A DNA stretch of 64,000 nt, taken from positions 124,001 to 188,000 of the IMG/VR virus record IMGVR_UViG_3300032236_000747, one strand, 5' to 3'. Positions 33,826 to 45,100 of the stretch are shown piece by piece (the first letter of the stretch is position 1; each line of letters begins with the position of its first letter). The position numbers were made by a program, and so were the translations under genes. The notes beneath the pieces were generated by a model. That model was not told the DNA's origin. It saw only the letters and a list, made by a program, of their open reading frames with translations, and did not search any database.

Positions 33826-36800
33826 ATGTCAATAACAAAAGATTTTATAGTCAAACAAGGGTTAACGGTACAAGGTACAGCAACTAGTGTTAGTACCAGC
33901 TCAGGAGCCTTGTTAGTAGGCGGCGGCATTGGAGCAGGCGGCAGCGTCTACGCTGGCGGCATTGCTAGTTTTGGTACAAGTGTTCCAGGAACTGGATCAA
34001 CATCTACCGCTGCTCAACAAACCTTGCGTGTAACAGCAGGTGGTATTGGCGTAGTCGGCGACAGCTATATTAACGGTCAGTTAGCTGTAACTAACAATAC
34101 CTACATTCTTAGTACAACTACAGCAGTTTCGACAAACAGCGGCGCACTTCAAGTTCAAGGCGGATTAGGTGTCGGCGGCGCAGCATACTTCGGCCAACCG
34201 TCATATGTTGCTGGTAGTCAAATCTTAACTATTGCTACACTAGGTTTAAATGCTGTAACCAGCATAACAGCTGGAACAGATACTTCAGTTAGTACATCAA
34301 CCGGTGCGGTAACCGTATGGAGTACTGCTACTTTTGCTTCAGTAAGCGGCAGAGCAGGCGCAGGATATGCAGCAGGTGTAACACCTAATGCTATTACTAT
34401 TCAAAACTACACACCAAGCGTAAGCACAAACAGTGGAGCATTGATTGTTGCCGGTGGTGTCGGTGTATGGAACACATTAACAGTTGGTGGAGCAGTTAAT
34501 GCCAACGGAACAATTTCAAGCGGTGCTAATTTAAGCGTTGCTACAACAGCAGGTTTCTATAGCACAACAGATGCATCATCTATTAGTGCTGGTGCTGTTA
34601 CAATGGCAGGTGGCCTAGCAGTTGCTAAAACCATTTACTCTTTAAATGAAGTTATTACTAGTGCCAATGCTAGCGTAACAACAACAGCGTCAAACGCATT
34701 GGTTTTATCGTCGGGTGGTTTAGGTGTACAAGGTACAGCATTAATCGGCGGTAATACTGTAATACAAGCAGGTACAAATAGCGTTAATACAAACAGCGGT
34801 CAAGCATTATTGGTATCAGGTGGTGTTGGTATTGGCGGCAACCTAGCAGCAGGTATTGTTAAAACTGTAGATTCTACAGCAGCCACAGTTGGTGGAGCAG
34901 GAAGTGTACAAGTAGCAGGCGGCGTTTATATTGCTAATAACATTGTTATTAACGGAACAGCAGCTAGCACAGGAACAACAACAAGTAACGCATTATATGT
35001 AGCAGGTGGCGCAGGTATTGCTGGTTCATTATATGTAGGCGGTCCAGTAACATTCTCTAGTCCAGTAACATTTAACGGTACTGCTACCTACGTTTTATCA
35101 ACAAACACTTTCTATACAGATAACATCATTGAACTACACGTTCCTCAAGGAGGCGTAAGCGGCCAATGGACATCAGACGACGGTAAAGATGTTGGTCTAC
35201 GTTTCCACTATTATAATAGAGCACTAAGCACCGACTCGAATGCTGCGTTGGTGCTAGCTGATGACAGCCAACTACTAGAATGGTATGGCACAGGTGCTGA
35301 AGCTATTAGTAGCGGAACATTTATTAATTCTAACTACGGTGGATTTAAGACTGGTTATATCCAGTTAATGACTGGTACAAACGCAACATCAACCTTAACT
35401 GGTGCGTTGCGTGTACAAGGCGGTATTGGTATTGGTGGTGGCAGTTATTTTGCAGGCTACAATGCTACTGCTAGTTCAAGCACAGTTGCTTCACAAGGTA
35501 TTGTAGTAGCAACCAACGGTGTTGGTATAACCGGCGACAGCTATTTTGCTAACAACTTAGGCGTTGGCGGCAGTCTTGGTGTAACACTAGGCGCTAGTGT
35601 TGGTACAAGATTGTTAATCAGTGGCAGCGGCGCTACAGGCAGCACAGGATCAGTAAGCCAACAAGCATTACAGATCACCGCAGGCGGCCTAGGTGTAACA
35701 GGTGATAGTTACCACGGTGGTAACTTATCTGTAACTGGTTTAACACAGGTAACAAATACAACCAACTCGACAGCGGTAGGCAACGGCGCCCTAACAGTTG
35801 CCGGTGGAGCAGGTATCGGCCAAAACTTATATGTTGGTGGTACAATATTTGGTAACCTAACCGGTGTAGCTACTACAGCAACTAACCTAACAGGCGGTAG
35901 CCCTGGTGCTATTCCTTACCAAATCACCACAGGTACTACTGGTTATATTGGTATTGGTGCTAATAACTACATTCTACAAAGTAATGGTAGTACAGCAACT
36001 TGGCAGAACCCAAATACACTAACAATCGGTACTGCGGCTCAGTCACAGTTAGTAGCAGTTACTGGTACTAACGCTGCTGTAGCATATTATCCTGCTATTG
36101 TTGCTGCTGTTAACCCGGCTGCATACTACGAACAGATTTATAGTACTGCTACAATGAGCATTGTACCTAGTACAGGTGTAACAACCTTTGCTGGTACTGT
36201 AGACGCAACCACTGGCACAATCGGTACAGTTGTGGTATCTGGTGGTGTTGCTGTTGGTAAGAGTGCTGTTATTGTTGGCACATTGACTAACTTTGGTCCT
36301 CACGTAATATTAAACAACTCGGCAGCTAGTACAACTACCAACAGTGGTGCACTACAAGTTGCTGGTGGCGCAGGCATTCAAGGTTCTGTATATGCTGGTA
36401 ATATCTATGACAATAATAACCGTGTTGTAACAAGTGTAATACCACAAGGTGGTACAGCTATCAGCGTTAGTTCAATCTCTACTAGCGGCGCACAAGTTAT
36501 ATTCACTATTAACAACACTGGTGTAACAAGTGCTGTTGGTACAACTTATCTAGGTGTAAGTGGCGCAACTGGTGCTGTAACATTTACTAACCTAGGCGTA
36601 CAAACATTAACCGCAGGTACTGATACCGCAGTAAGTTCTAACACAGGTACTATCACTGTTTGGACTACAAGTACACTACAATCTATTACTAACAGAGGTG
36701 CATCGACAAACAATGCTATCAGCATTGCTAACGGTACACAATCAGCTAGCACAGGTACTGGCGCATTAACTGTAGCTGGTGGTGTAGGTATTGGTCAAAG

Positions 36801-37596
36801 TTTATATGTTGGTGGCACATTACTAAGAACAGGTAACGTAAACAGCTCAAGCTGGGGCGTTAGCGGTGTTGCTCTAGTAAGCTCAACCGCTACATTCACT
36901 GACACTGTATTAACAGGCGCACAAGGTCTAGTATCTATTAACGCAATAGGTGTTCCGACACTTGCTGCTACTAACACACCTACATTCTCTGATGCGGCAT
37001 CGTTATATATTGCTGGTGCTCCTGCTGCTGGCACAAACGTAGCTATCACCAACCCATGGAGTTTATTGATTCCTAACGGTAACGTTAAGTTCGGTGCTAC
37101 AGCAACAAGTATTAGTACAAGTACTGGCGCTCTAGTAGTTGGTGGTGGTCTAGCAGTTGGCGGTAACCTAAGAACAGGTGACACAATCACTATCGGATCT
37201 GCCCTAACAGGTGCTCCAGTAACTGGATTTGTCAGCAACAATGCTACAATCGCTAGCTATACCAGCGCAGCATTAAGTTCTGCTAACACAAGTACTGCCC
37301 AGTTGTTAGACGTATGGAGCACAAGTTCATATCGTTCAGCACGTTACAGCGTACAGCTAGTTGATACAGGATTTACTCCAAACCGTATCCATTACACTGA
37401 GATTGTATTGATGCACGACGCAGCAGCAAACGTATACAAGAGCGAATATGGTGTTATTACCAACGTTGGTGAACTAGGAACATTTGATGCTCAAGTAACC
37501 GGTAACGGTGTACAGTTGACATTCCAGCCAACATGGCAACTATTCCAGCCTAGCGCTCTAACAGTTAAAGCATATAGAACTACAATCAGCCTGTAA
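33826..37596 (+). CDS. Tail/virion fibre protein (1256 aa)
   Basis: N-terminal 'KDFIVKQGL'; GAL-V-GG-GI repeats; 'TDNIIELH...DDGKDVGLRFHYY' module; C-terminal YRSARY domain. Confidence 0.8.
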   Translation: MSITKDFIVKQGLTVQGTATSVSTSSGALLVGGGIGAGGSVYAGGIASFGTSVPGTGSTSTAAQQTLRVTAGGIGVVGDSYINGQLAVTNNTYILSTTTAVSTNSGALQVQGGLGVGGAAYFGQPSYVAGSQILTIATLGLNAVTSITAGTDTSVSTSTGAVTVWSTATFASVSGRAGAGYAAGVTPNAITIQNYTPSVSTNSGALIVAGGVGVWNTLTVGGAVNANGTISSGANLSVATTAGFYSTTDASSISAGAVTMAGGLAVAKTIYSLNEVITSANASVTTTASNALVLSSGGLGVQGTALIGGNTVIQAGTNSVNTNSGQALLVSGGVGIGGNLAAGIVKTVDSTAATVGGAGSVQVAGGVYIANNIVINGTAASTGTTTSNALYVAGGAGIAGSLYVGGPVTFSSPVTFNGTATYVLSTNTFYTDNIIELHVPQGGVSGQWTSDDGKDVGLRFHYYNRALSTDSNAALVLADDSQLLEWYGTGAEAISSGTFINSNYGGFKTGYIQLMTGTNATSTLTGALRVQGGIGIGGGSYFAGYNATASSSTVASQGIVVATNGVGITGDSYFANNLGVGGSLGVTLGASVGTRLLISGSGATGSTGSVSQQALQITAGGLGVTGDSYHGGNLSVTGLTQVTNTTNSTAVGNGALTVAGGAGIGQNLYVGGTIFGNLTGVATTATNLTGGSPGAIPYQITTGTTGYIGIGANNYILQSNGSTATWQNPNTLTIGTAAQSQLVAVTGTNAAVAYYPAIVAAVNPAAYYEQIYSTATMSIVPSTGVTTFAGTVDATTGTIGTVVVSGGVAVGKSAVIVGTLTNFGPHVILNNSAASTTTNSGALQVAGGAGIQGSVYAGNIYDNNNRVVTSVIPQGGTAISVSSISTSGAQVIFTINNTGVTSAVGTTYLGVSGATGAVTFTNLGVQTLTAGTDTAVSSNTGTITVWTTSTLQSITNRGASTNNAISIANGTQSASTGTGALTVAGGVGIGQSLYVGGTLLRTGNVNSSSWGVSGVALVSSTATFTDTVLTGAQGLVSINAIGVPTLAATNTPTFSDAASLYIAGAPAAGTNVAITNPWSLLIPNGNVKFGATATSISTSTGALVVGGGLAVGGNLRTGDTITIGSALTGAPVTGFVSNNATIASYTSAALSSANTSTAQLLDVWSTSSYRSARYSVQLVDTGFTPNRIHYTEIVLMHDAAANVYKSEYGVITNVGELGTFDAQVTGNGVQLTFQPTWQLFQPSALTVKAYRTTISL

Positions 37597-37614
37597 TAGC
37601 CACTTGAGTTTACC

Positions 37615-37622
37615 TATAAATA
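37615..37622 (+). promoter_or_regulatory. Late promoter TATAAATA
   Basis: Exact consensus; SD aggag and GTG start at 37640. Confidence 0.7.
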
Positions 37623-37639
37623 TCTGATAGGAGATATCA

Positions 37640-40432
37640 GTGGCAGCAATTCAGCAAGATTTTATTGTTAAAAATGGTATGGTGGTCCGTAATACGGCCA
37701 CCTTTTCCGCCACTGACAATATAGTAACTACTGGCACACAAGCAGCAACGGTATTACCAACACTTAATCTAAACTTTGCTGCTTCTAGTATATTAGATCC
37801 TCGTATAAGTTTTAATAGACCCAGCGGCGCTACTTATGTAGGTAAAAATGGTTACATACAATACGCAGCCAATGATGTTCCTAGATTTGACTACGACACA
37901 GTTAATACCGGAACCATTCGGGGTTTATTAATAGAAGAGCCTCGTACAAATCTTGTAATAAATTCAAACTCTATAGGAATCGGCGGATGGAATTATCAAA
38001 CCGGTGCAAATGATTCAGCTTATATTTTTAATGCTGATATAGCACCCGACGGTACCAGAACTGCCACGCTAATCTACGCCACTACAACAACATTAACATA
38101 TCCGAACTTTTTGCAGTACCTCAACGTTAATACTGCTACAACCTATACGGGTTCTTTTTTTGTTAAACCTACTAATGGTAAAGCAACAGTTAGTTGCACA
38201 TTGTATGACGGTGCAACAAATTTAAACTGTTTGTCTATTGTTTATAACTTTTTGACAAATAGTTTTAGCACAAGTACAACTGGAAATACCACTACATTTG
38301 TAGTAATTCCAACAGTTCAACAATATCCTAATGGTTGGTACAGAATACAATCAGGCTGGTCATTTAACAGTGGCCCGACAAGGAATATTCAATATAAATT
38401 AAATCTAGATTCGTCAGGATCGCCTGCAGTTGGATCGGGATTATTGCTTTGGGGTGCGCAGATTGAAGCAGGTACATCTGTTACTAGCCTAATACCTACA
38501 AACACAGTTAGTGCAACTAGGGCAGGTGATTCAGCCAGTATGGTAGGACAAAACTTCTTAAGTTGGTTTACACAAGCTCAAGGAACTGTTTACGCAGAAT
38601 GGTATCAATATACAGGTGGCGGTGGCAACGTTTATACAACTCCGGGAGTTTGGGGAGTTACTGACACTAATCTAGGAGTATACAATGGTTATGGCATTAG
38701 ACTTGACTACGGAACAATCAATGATCAAAACATATCCTTTATATCAAGGCAAGCGTTAAACGGAAATGCTGCACTAACGTTTGGTTATGTAGGCCCAAAA
38801 CTTGGAATAACAACCGGCACATATAAATCGATAGCAGGCTGGGATGTTAATAATCAAAACGTAACTATACAAGGATATAATACCATTACACTTGGTTCTA
38901 ATCCAGCGGCTAAAGTGCTTACACAAATGAATACCTTATTAATAGGAAATCAAAATATTGGAGGTGGCCCTACGCAGATAAACGGTGCCATTCGTAGATT
39001 AATATTTTGGCCTCAACTATTATCCCCTAGCCAGTTTCAGGCTTTAACTACATCAACGGTTTTTCTTGGATCTAATCCAGTCAACTCACAAAGCCCTACA
39101 AGAAATGCCAATACCAGTGATTTTATCGTACAACAAGGTGTGCAGATTAGGGGTAACTTTGAGGTTCCTGATGTCGATAAGTTATATGCAACTACATTAA
39201 CAAGGCCGATACAACAGCCATCGTTAAATCTAAACTTCTTAAAAGGAACATTGGATCCTAGAATACAGTTTACTCGAACCAGCGGTGCTACTTACATAGG
39301 ATCTGACGGATATATCAAATATTCTCCTAATAATACTCCGCGTTTCCAATATAGTTCTACATCAACTGGAACCTGTTTAGGACTTTTAATAGAAGAACAA
39401 CGTACAAATTATTACACATCTAGCACAGATTATTTCCAATCTTTATCAGGAGGATATACCTTTTGGGACGGTAGTTTTGGATTTAGGAATATACTAACAG
39501 GTATTAACACAACTACGGTCTACGCATTATCTCTGCACCTTAAGGTTAATCAATACTATACTGGCCATACTATAATGGTTGATCTAGGAGACGGTCCTAC
39601 AACATTAAACAAGGCATTGTCTACGTTTACTACAGGAACCTGGGTTAGATTTGCAGGTACCGGCCTTTGTGTTAATACAGGACTGTTTGCTGATATAAGA
39701 CTACAAAACCTAGGACCGGGTGTGCTCGCTGCTGGAGTATTTGTTGGTCCTCCTGGTACAACAACTCCTATGACACGCAACTACGGTGTTTCTCCGGACG
39801 GTAATAGAACTTCTACTAGGATTATTGTTAATAATACACAAACTGGTGCCCTGATGACTGATATAGAACTTTGGGGATTCCAAGTAGAGCCCGGACAATA
39901 CTCCACTAGTTTCATACCCACCGGGTCTGGTTCAGTAACCAGGGCTGCTGATGCTGCGGTTATATCTGGACAAAACTTTTTAAACTGGTATAATCCTAAA
40001 CAAGGTACTATCTATACAGAAGGCGCAGTTAGTCCGGGATTTTCAGGATTTAGTCCTATATTAACCATAGAAGACGGTCCAGGTAATAATGTAGTGGGTA
40101 TGTATCAATATACAGGATTATTCGGAGCAACAATTAGATGGGGATCAGGCACACAACTAGGAGACCCGTTGGCTAGTATTTCTGGGGGTTCTGTAACAGG
40201 AACAAACTTTAAACTAGCTACTACTGTTGCTGCAGGCAACTATTATTCTATATGGAACAGCGTAGTTGGTAGCTCAACAACCGATCAACGTGTTCCTACA
40301 AGTGTTGACCGTATGCTTATAGGTGCCAGCAACAGCGGATATTTAAATTCTACGTTGAAACGTATCGTCTATTATCCAGAACAACTGTCAACATCAACTC
40401 TGCAGATTCTTACTACTGCTTCAATCTACTAA
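37640..40432 (+). CDS. Fibre-associated carbohydrate-binding-like protein with two tandem domains (930 aa)
   Basis: Two copies of 'P.LNLNF....LDPRI.F.R.SGATY.G..GYI.Y.....PRF.Y...T....GLLIEE.RTN...LWG.Q.E.G...TS.IPT...TRA.D'. Confidence 0.7.
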   Translation: MAAIQQDFIVKNGMVVRNTATFSATDNIVTTGTQAATVLPTLNLNFAASSILDPRISFNRPSGATYVGKNGYIQYAANDVPRFDYDTVNTGTIRGLLIEEPRTNLVINSNSIGIGGWNYQTGANDSAYIFNADIAPDGTRTATLIYATTTTLTYPNFLQYLNVNTATTYTGSFFVKPTNGKATVSCTLYDGATNLNCLSIVYNFLTNSFSTSTTGNTTTFVVIPTVQQYPNGWYRIQSGWSFNSGPTRNIQYKLNLDSSGSPAVGSGLLLWGAQIEAGTSVTSLIPTNTVSATRAGDSASMVGQNFLSWFTQAQGTVYAEWYQYTGGGGNVYTTPGVWGVTDTNLGVYNGYGIRLDYGTINDQNISFISRQALNGNAALTFGYVGPKLGITTGTYKSIAGWDVNNQNVTIQGYNTITLGSNPAAKVLTQMNTLLIGNQNIGGGPTQINGAIRRLIFWPQLLSPSQFQALTTSTVFLGSNPVNSQSPTRNANTSDFIVQQGVQIRGNFEVPDVDKLYATTLTRPIQQPSLNLNFLKGTLDPRIQFTRTSGATYIGSDGYIKYSPNNTPRFQYSSTSTGTCLGLLIEEQRTNYYTSSTDYFQSLSGGYTFWDGSFGFRNILTGINTTTVYALSLHLKVNQYYTGHTIMVDLGDGPTTLNKALSTFTTGTWVRFAGTGLCVNTGLFADIRLQNLGPGVLAAGVFVGPPGTTTPMTRNYGVSPDGNRTSTRIIVNNTQTGALMTDIELWGFQVEPGQYSTSFIPTGSGSVTRAADAAVISGQNFLNWYNPKQGTIYTEGAVSPGFSGFSPILTIEDGPGNNVVGMYQYTGLFGATIRWGSGTQLGDPLASISGGSVTGTNFKLATTVAAGNYYSIWNSVVGSSTTDQRVPTSVDRMLIGASNSGYLNSTLKRIVYYPEQLSTSTLQILTTASIY

Positions 40433-40437
40433 TAGCA

Positions 40438-40443
40438 TAAATA
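40438..40443 (+). promoter_or_regulatory. Late promoter core TAAATA
   Basis: Upstream of ATG 40487. Confidence 0.55.
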
Positions 40444-40486
40444 CCTTACAAACTGTAACTAGCCGTTACGTGGAAAGGGAAGCTTA

Positions 40487-41842
40487 ATGGCGATCAATAA
40501 TGACTTTATAGTCAAAAGTGGCCTCGTGGTCAAGGCTAACACGACTATACCTGCTAAGGATTCTTTGGTAACTACCAATGTTGTCCGCACGATCGCCAAC
40601 CCCACACTAGATTTTAACTTTATACGTTCTAATAATCTAGATTCTCGATTTACCTTTAGCCGGGCAAGTGCTGCGACTTATACAAATAGTCGAGGATATA
40701 TCTCTTATGCAGTTAACAATCAACCTAGATTTGACTATGATCCAGTAACTGGACAAAGCAAAGGTTTATTGATGGAAGATCAGCGTACAAATATGTACTC
40801 TTATTCTAATCAAGCAAGTTTTTGGTCAACAAATGGTCAAGGCAGCGGAACACTTACAATAAACACAGCATCGGTATTATCGCCCGATGGAGTTAGTTAC
40901 GCTGATGTTGTAATCAACACACCTAACATTAATAGTTACGCTAGGGTAGCACAGTCTGCTTATCTTACTTCTTCTACATATTATACTAGATCCGTATACG
41001 CCAAAGGGCTAGGTGGAAATAATCTTTTAATCATGGAGTCGCAGTTCAATGGCGGCCAATATACAACAAAATTTGACCTAGGCGCAGGAACAATACCGCA
41101 GATAGGAACAGGAACTGCAACTATTTCGTATGTAGGAAATGGGTGGTATAGATGCGCTGCCACTATGCTAAGTTCTAGCAGCACCACAGATACCATGCAG
41201 GTACTTTACATAGGTGGTTACGGATCAACTTCTTTAACTGTACCTATAGCACTATGGGGAGCACAACTTGAAGCAGGGCAGTTTGCTACTAGTCTAATAC
41301 CAACAGGATCTGCATCGGCTACCCGCATAGGCGATTATCTAGTAATGTCTGGGTCTATAGTATCTAATGCTATCAATCCAGTTAGCGGAACAATCTACAC
41401 AGAGTTTGATACCATATGCAATGGTAAAACAGCTACAGGTGGAAATGATTTTCCGTTTATCTACGATTTTGATAATCAAACTTATCAAAATGATGGATAT
41501 CGTTGTTTATTATCTGCAGGCTACGGTCCAGGTGTGTATACGGAAGTTGCTGCCAATGGATTAAATCCTAATAGACAAATCGCAACAACACTAGGTGATC
41601 AGTCTGTGAAAAAACTTGCCACAGCATTTCAACTAGGCGATGCTTCGGCTGTTTTAAACGGAGGAACTGTTTATTCAGTGACCCCTGTAACAACACTACC
41701 AACAGGTATAGATAGAATCAGTATCGGAACACAGAGCTATGTGGGGGGTTTTGGTAACTTCTTTACTGGGCATATGAGAAGACTAACCTATTGGCCACAA
41801 AGATTATCAAACACACAAATATCAACATTAACAGCGAGTTAA
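40487..41842 (+). CDS. Single-domain paralogue of 37640..40432 (451 aa)
   Basis: 'NDFIVKSGL' start; 'LDSRFTFSRASAATY...PRFDYDPVTGQSKGLLMEDQRTN...LWGAQLEAGQFATSLIPT'. Confidence 0.75.
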   Translation: MAINNDFIVKSGLVVKANTTIPAKDSLVTTNVVRTIANPTLDFNFIRSNNLDSRFTFSRASAATYTNSRGYISYAVNNQPRFDYDPVTGQSKGLLMEDQRTNMYSYSNQASFWSTNGQGSGTLTINTASVLSPDGVSYADVVINTPNINSYARVAQSAYLTSSTYYTRSVYAKGLGGNNLLIMESQFNGGQYTTKFDLGAGTIPQIGTGTATISYVGNGWYRCAATMLSSSSTTDTMQVLYIGGYGSTSLTVPIALWGAQLEAGQFATSLIPTGSASATRIGDYLVMSGSIVSNAINPVSGTIYTEFDTICNGKTATGGNDFPFIYDFDNQTYQNDGYRCLLSAGYGPGVYTEVAANGLNPNRQIATTLGDQSVKKLATAFQLGDASAVLNGGTVYSVTPVTTLPTGIDRISIGTQSYVGGFGNFFTGHMRRLTYWPQRLSNTQISTLTAS

Positions 41843-41844
41843 AC

Positions 41845-42150
41845 ATGCAAGATTATTATTTAAAATTTACATCAGAACAACACCTATGGAATACTTTAGA
41901 AAGAGTAGGCCTAGCTGTGTTTCGTGAAGAACAAGGAAAACATATTCCAATAAATACTAATTTAGACGTTATCGGAACTATATACAAGGCCACAGGACAA
42001 ATGCTAACAGGATTAGACGGTTTTCCATATCCAGAAATGTTGCCCGTAGATGGATATCACGCCAACCTAAGAGGAAGTTTAACAGAAGAACAAAAGGCCC
42101 AACTACCGTTAATCGCGGCACCAGCTACTCCTAGTAGAGTTTGGGCATAA
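41845..42150 (+). CDS. Small fibre-associated protein (possible assembly chaperone); start reassigned to ATG 41845
   Basis: MQDYYLKFTSEQHLW...LDVIGTIYKATG...DGYHANLR; the ORF-track start at 41791 overlaps the previous gene. Confidence 0.65.
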   Translation: MQDYYLKFTSEQHLWNTLERVGLAVFREEQGKHIPINTNLDVIGTIYKATGQMLTGLDGFPYPEMLPVDGYHANLRGSLTEEQKAQLPLIAAPATPSRVWA

Positions 42151-42160
42151 GGAATAAGAG

Positions 42161-45100
42161 ATGACATATAAGTTAGTCGGGCAAGAAGCATATCAAATAC
42201 CAACAAACGCTGATCTAGGCACGCTTGCCTATCAGAATAGTGATGCCATCAACGTTGGTTTAGTTAACGTTTCTAATACATTAACTATCAGTGGTTTAGT
42301 CGCTCCGCTAACTATTGGTTATTCTCAGGCAACCGCCGGCACATATATATTATTAAATCAAGTTCCCACTAACTTAATGGTCGGTGGTACTGTAAGTGGA
42401 AATAACATCCCTGCCGGTACAACAATTTCAAGTTTTGGTTCCGGTTTTTCTACAGCTCAACCTACCTATACTAACACAACCGCTACAACAATAGTGGCAA
42501 TGACAAGCACCTATGGTATTAGTGTTGCTATGGGAGTTGGCGGCAATGGATTAACCTATGGTACCAGTGTTTCTAGTATCAGCAATACAGGTCTGCCTCA
42601 AACCTATGCTGCTACATCTAGCACAACAGCAGCTAATACAATCTGGGTAGGTACAACAACTAACCTAGCAGTTAATCAACTAGTATATGGAACTGGCATT
42701 GCTACCGGTACCGTTGTTACTAGCATTTTAGCCAACACCTATGCTGTTATTAGTCCGCCTGCTAGCATTACATCCGGTCAAGCAGTTACCTTTGCTCCTA
42801 CAGTTACGCTAAGTGCTGCCATAGCGGCTAATACACTAACGCAGAATATTTTATTCTTCCCTGCTCTTAGTTTAAGTCAGGCTACTAGTAGCGCCCTAAC
42901 ACAAGGCTCTGTACTCAACGCATATTACAACCCAACATCTGCAGGATCTGCTGCTGTTGTTGTACAGAACGGCGGCCTAGGTGTTACAGGAAATACATAC
43001 TTTGCCAACACGGTTACAATAACTTCGTCAGCACAATCATCGTCTACTGCTACCGGTGCACTAGTAGTCAATGGGGGCATGGGCGTAAGTGGTGCACTAT
43101 ACGCTAGTAGTTTTGTTAATCCTACATTTACAGGTGTTCAATACGCTCTTAACAACAGCGGACAGTATTGGGGCGGAATAGGAAGTTTATCTTATGCTGC
43201 TGGTTCTAACTATCAGCAATGGTTTCTAGGTTGGGGACCGAGCACTGGTACTCCCGTAGGAACATCTCTGGTTTGGACCAACAGCGGCACAGTTTTTGTA
43301 ACTTCTACCAACGTATGGACAGTATCAAACTCAACAACTACTGGTGCGCTAGTAGTAGCAGGCGGTGTCGGTATTGGTCAAAACTTAAACGTTGGCGGCA
43401 ACTTAACTGTATTAGGTTCAATCAACGCTACAGTCAATGGTACTATTACATCAGCTACTAACATAGCAGGCGGCACTACTGGTGATATACTTTATCAAAT
43501 ATCAGCAGGCCGCACAGGATTTATCAACATAGCTACAACCAGCGGATGGGTACTAACATCAAACGGTACTACTGCTACATGGGCACCAGCAGCAACACCA
43601 ACAGTAGCAGCTACAGCAACCACAGCTGGCCTAGTCTATGCCGTAACTACTGGTACATTGGCTAACGTATCTAACGTAGCACTAGGATGGCAGGCTGGAC
43701 AAAGCAATACCATAGGCAACTATAATCTTGCTGTTGGTTATCAAGCACTTAAATGCAATACAACTGGGGTTAATAATACAGCTCTTGGCTCTTATGGGTT
43801 AACTGCTAATACTACTGGTTGTGGAAATACAGCCGTTGGTTCTTTTGCTTTATTTCAATCATCAAGTGGATGTAATAACGTAGCTGTAGGTGCTAATGCA
43901 TTAAGAAGCAATACTATAGGTACTGCTAATATAGCGATTGGTAACTCAGCACAATGGTGCACTTGTGGTGCCGCAGCCAGTAACATAGCCGTTGGCGATC
44001 AAGCACTCTATAATAATAGGACAGGTTGCAACAACATTGCTATTGGTTGCTGTGCTTCATACAGCAACTCATACGGCGGCTGTAACTTTGCCGCTGGTCT
44101 AGAAGCATTAAAATTTAACGTAAGTGGATGTAATAACATTGCTGTTGGTAGAGGCGCTTTATTCTTTAATACAGCATCTAATAACACTGCACTAGGTTAC
44201 AGATCGCTCTACGGTAATACTACTGGTGTTAATAACTTTGCCGCAGGCAGTTCAGCAATGGTAAACAACTCCGTTGGTGTTAATAACTTTGCTGCTGGCT
44301 ACCAAGCTATGTGCGCCAATACCGCCGGTAGTTGGAATATTGCTATAGGTCAATGTGCCTTAGTGGCTAATACCACTGGTAACTATAACGTTGCTCTAGG
44401 CTGTAACGCATTGTATGGTAATACTATTGGTAGTTGTAATATTGCTCTTGGTCCTTTTAGTCTGCGAAATAATATATCCGGCAATGACAACTTTGCTGCC
44501 GGCTGGGCCGCACTATCCTCAAACACCAGCGGAAACAATAATACAGCTATTGGACATTGTGGCCTAGCTAAAAATACCAGCGGTATTAATAACGTTGCTA
44601 TAGGTGCATATAGCCTTTATGGAAATACTATCGGTTGTAATAACTTTGCCTCAGGTAATACTGCTCTCTATAATAATATTTCAGGCAACAACAATATTGC
44701 TGTGGGCACACAAGCACTTTATTGTAATACTATCGGGTGTAACAATACCGCGTTAGGCTATGGTGCTCTTAAATGTAATATCTTTGGATATAACAACGTT
44801 GGTATTGGACAATACACACTTGCTGCCAATACTGGCGGTAACAATAGTATCGCTATCGGTCTATGTGCCCTAACTGCTAATATCACAGGTCAATCTAATA
44901 TTGCGCTAGGATGGCTAACCTTATGTAATAATACTATAGGAAACGATAACGTTGCTATTGGATGTAATACGTTGTTATGTAATATATCAGGTTGCGGTAA
45001 TATTGGTATTGGTAATGCTGCTTTACGTAGCAATATTTCGGGCATAGGTAACATCGCGTTAGGTAGTTCCTCATTACAATCAAACTGCGGCGGCAACTAC

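Noticed and set aside
30010-37596. Ice-binding function from Thr-x-Thr-rich repeats
   Set aside because: Thr/Ser richness is typical of beta-fibre shafts and the TxT spacing is not regular enough to support the claim
41791-41844. ORF-track N-terminal extension MATKIIKH...
   Set aside because: Overlaps the preceding gene; ATG 41845, 2 nt after its stop, is the natural start
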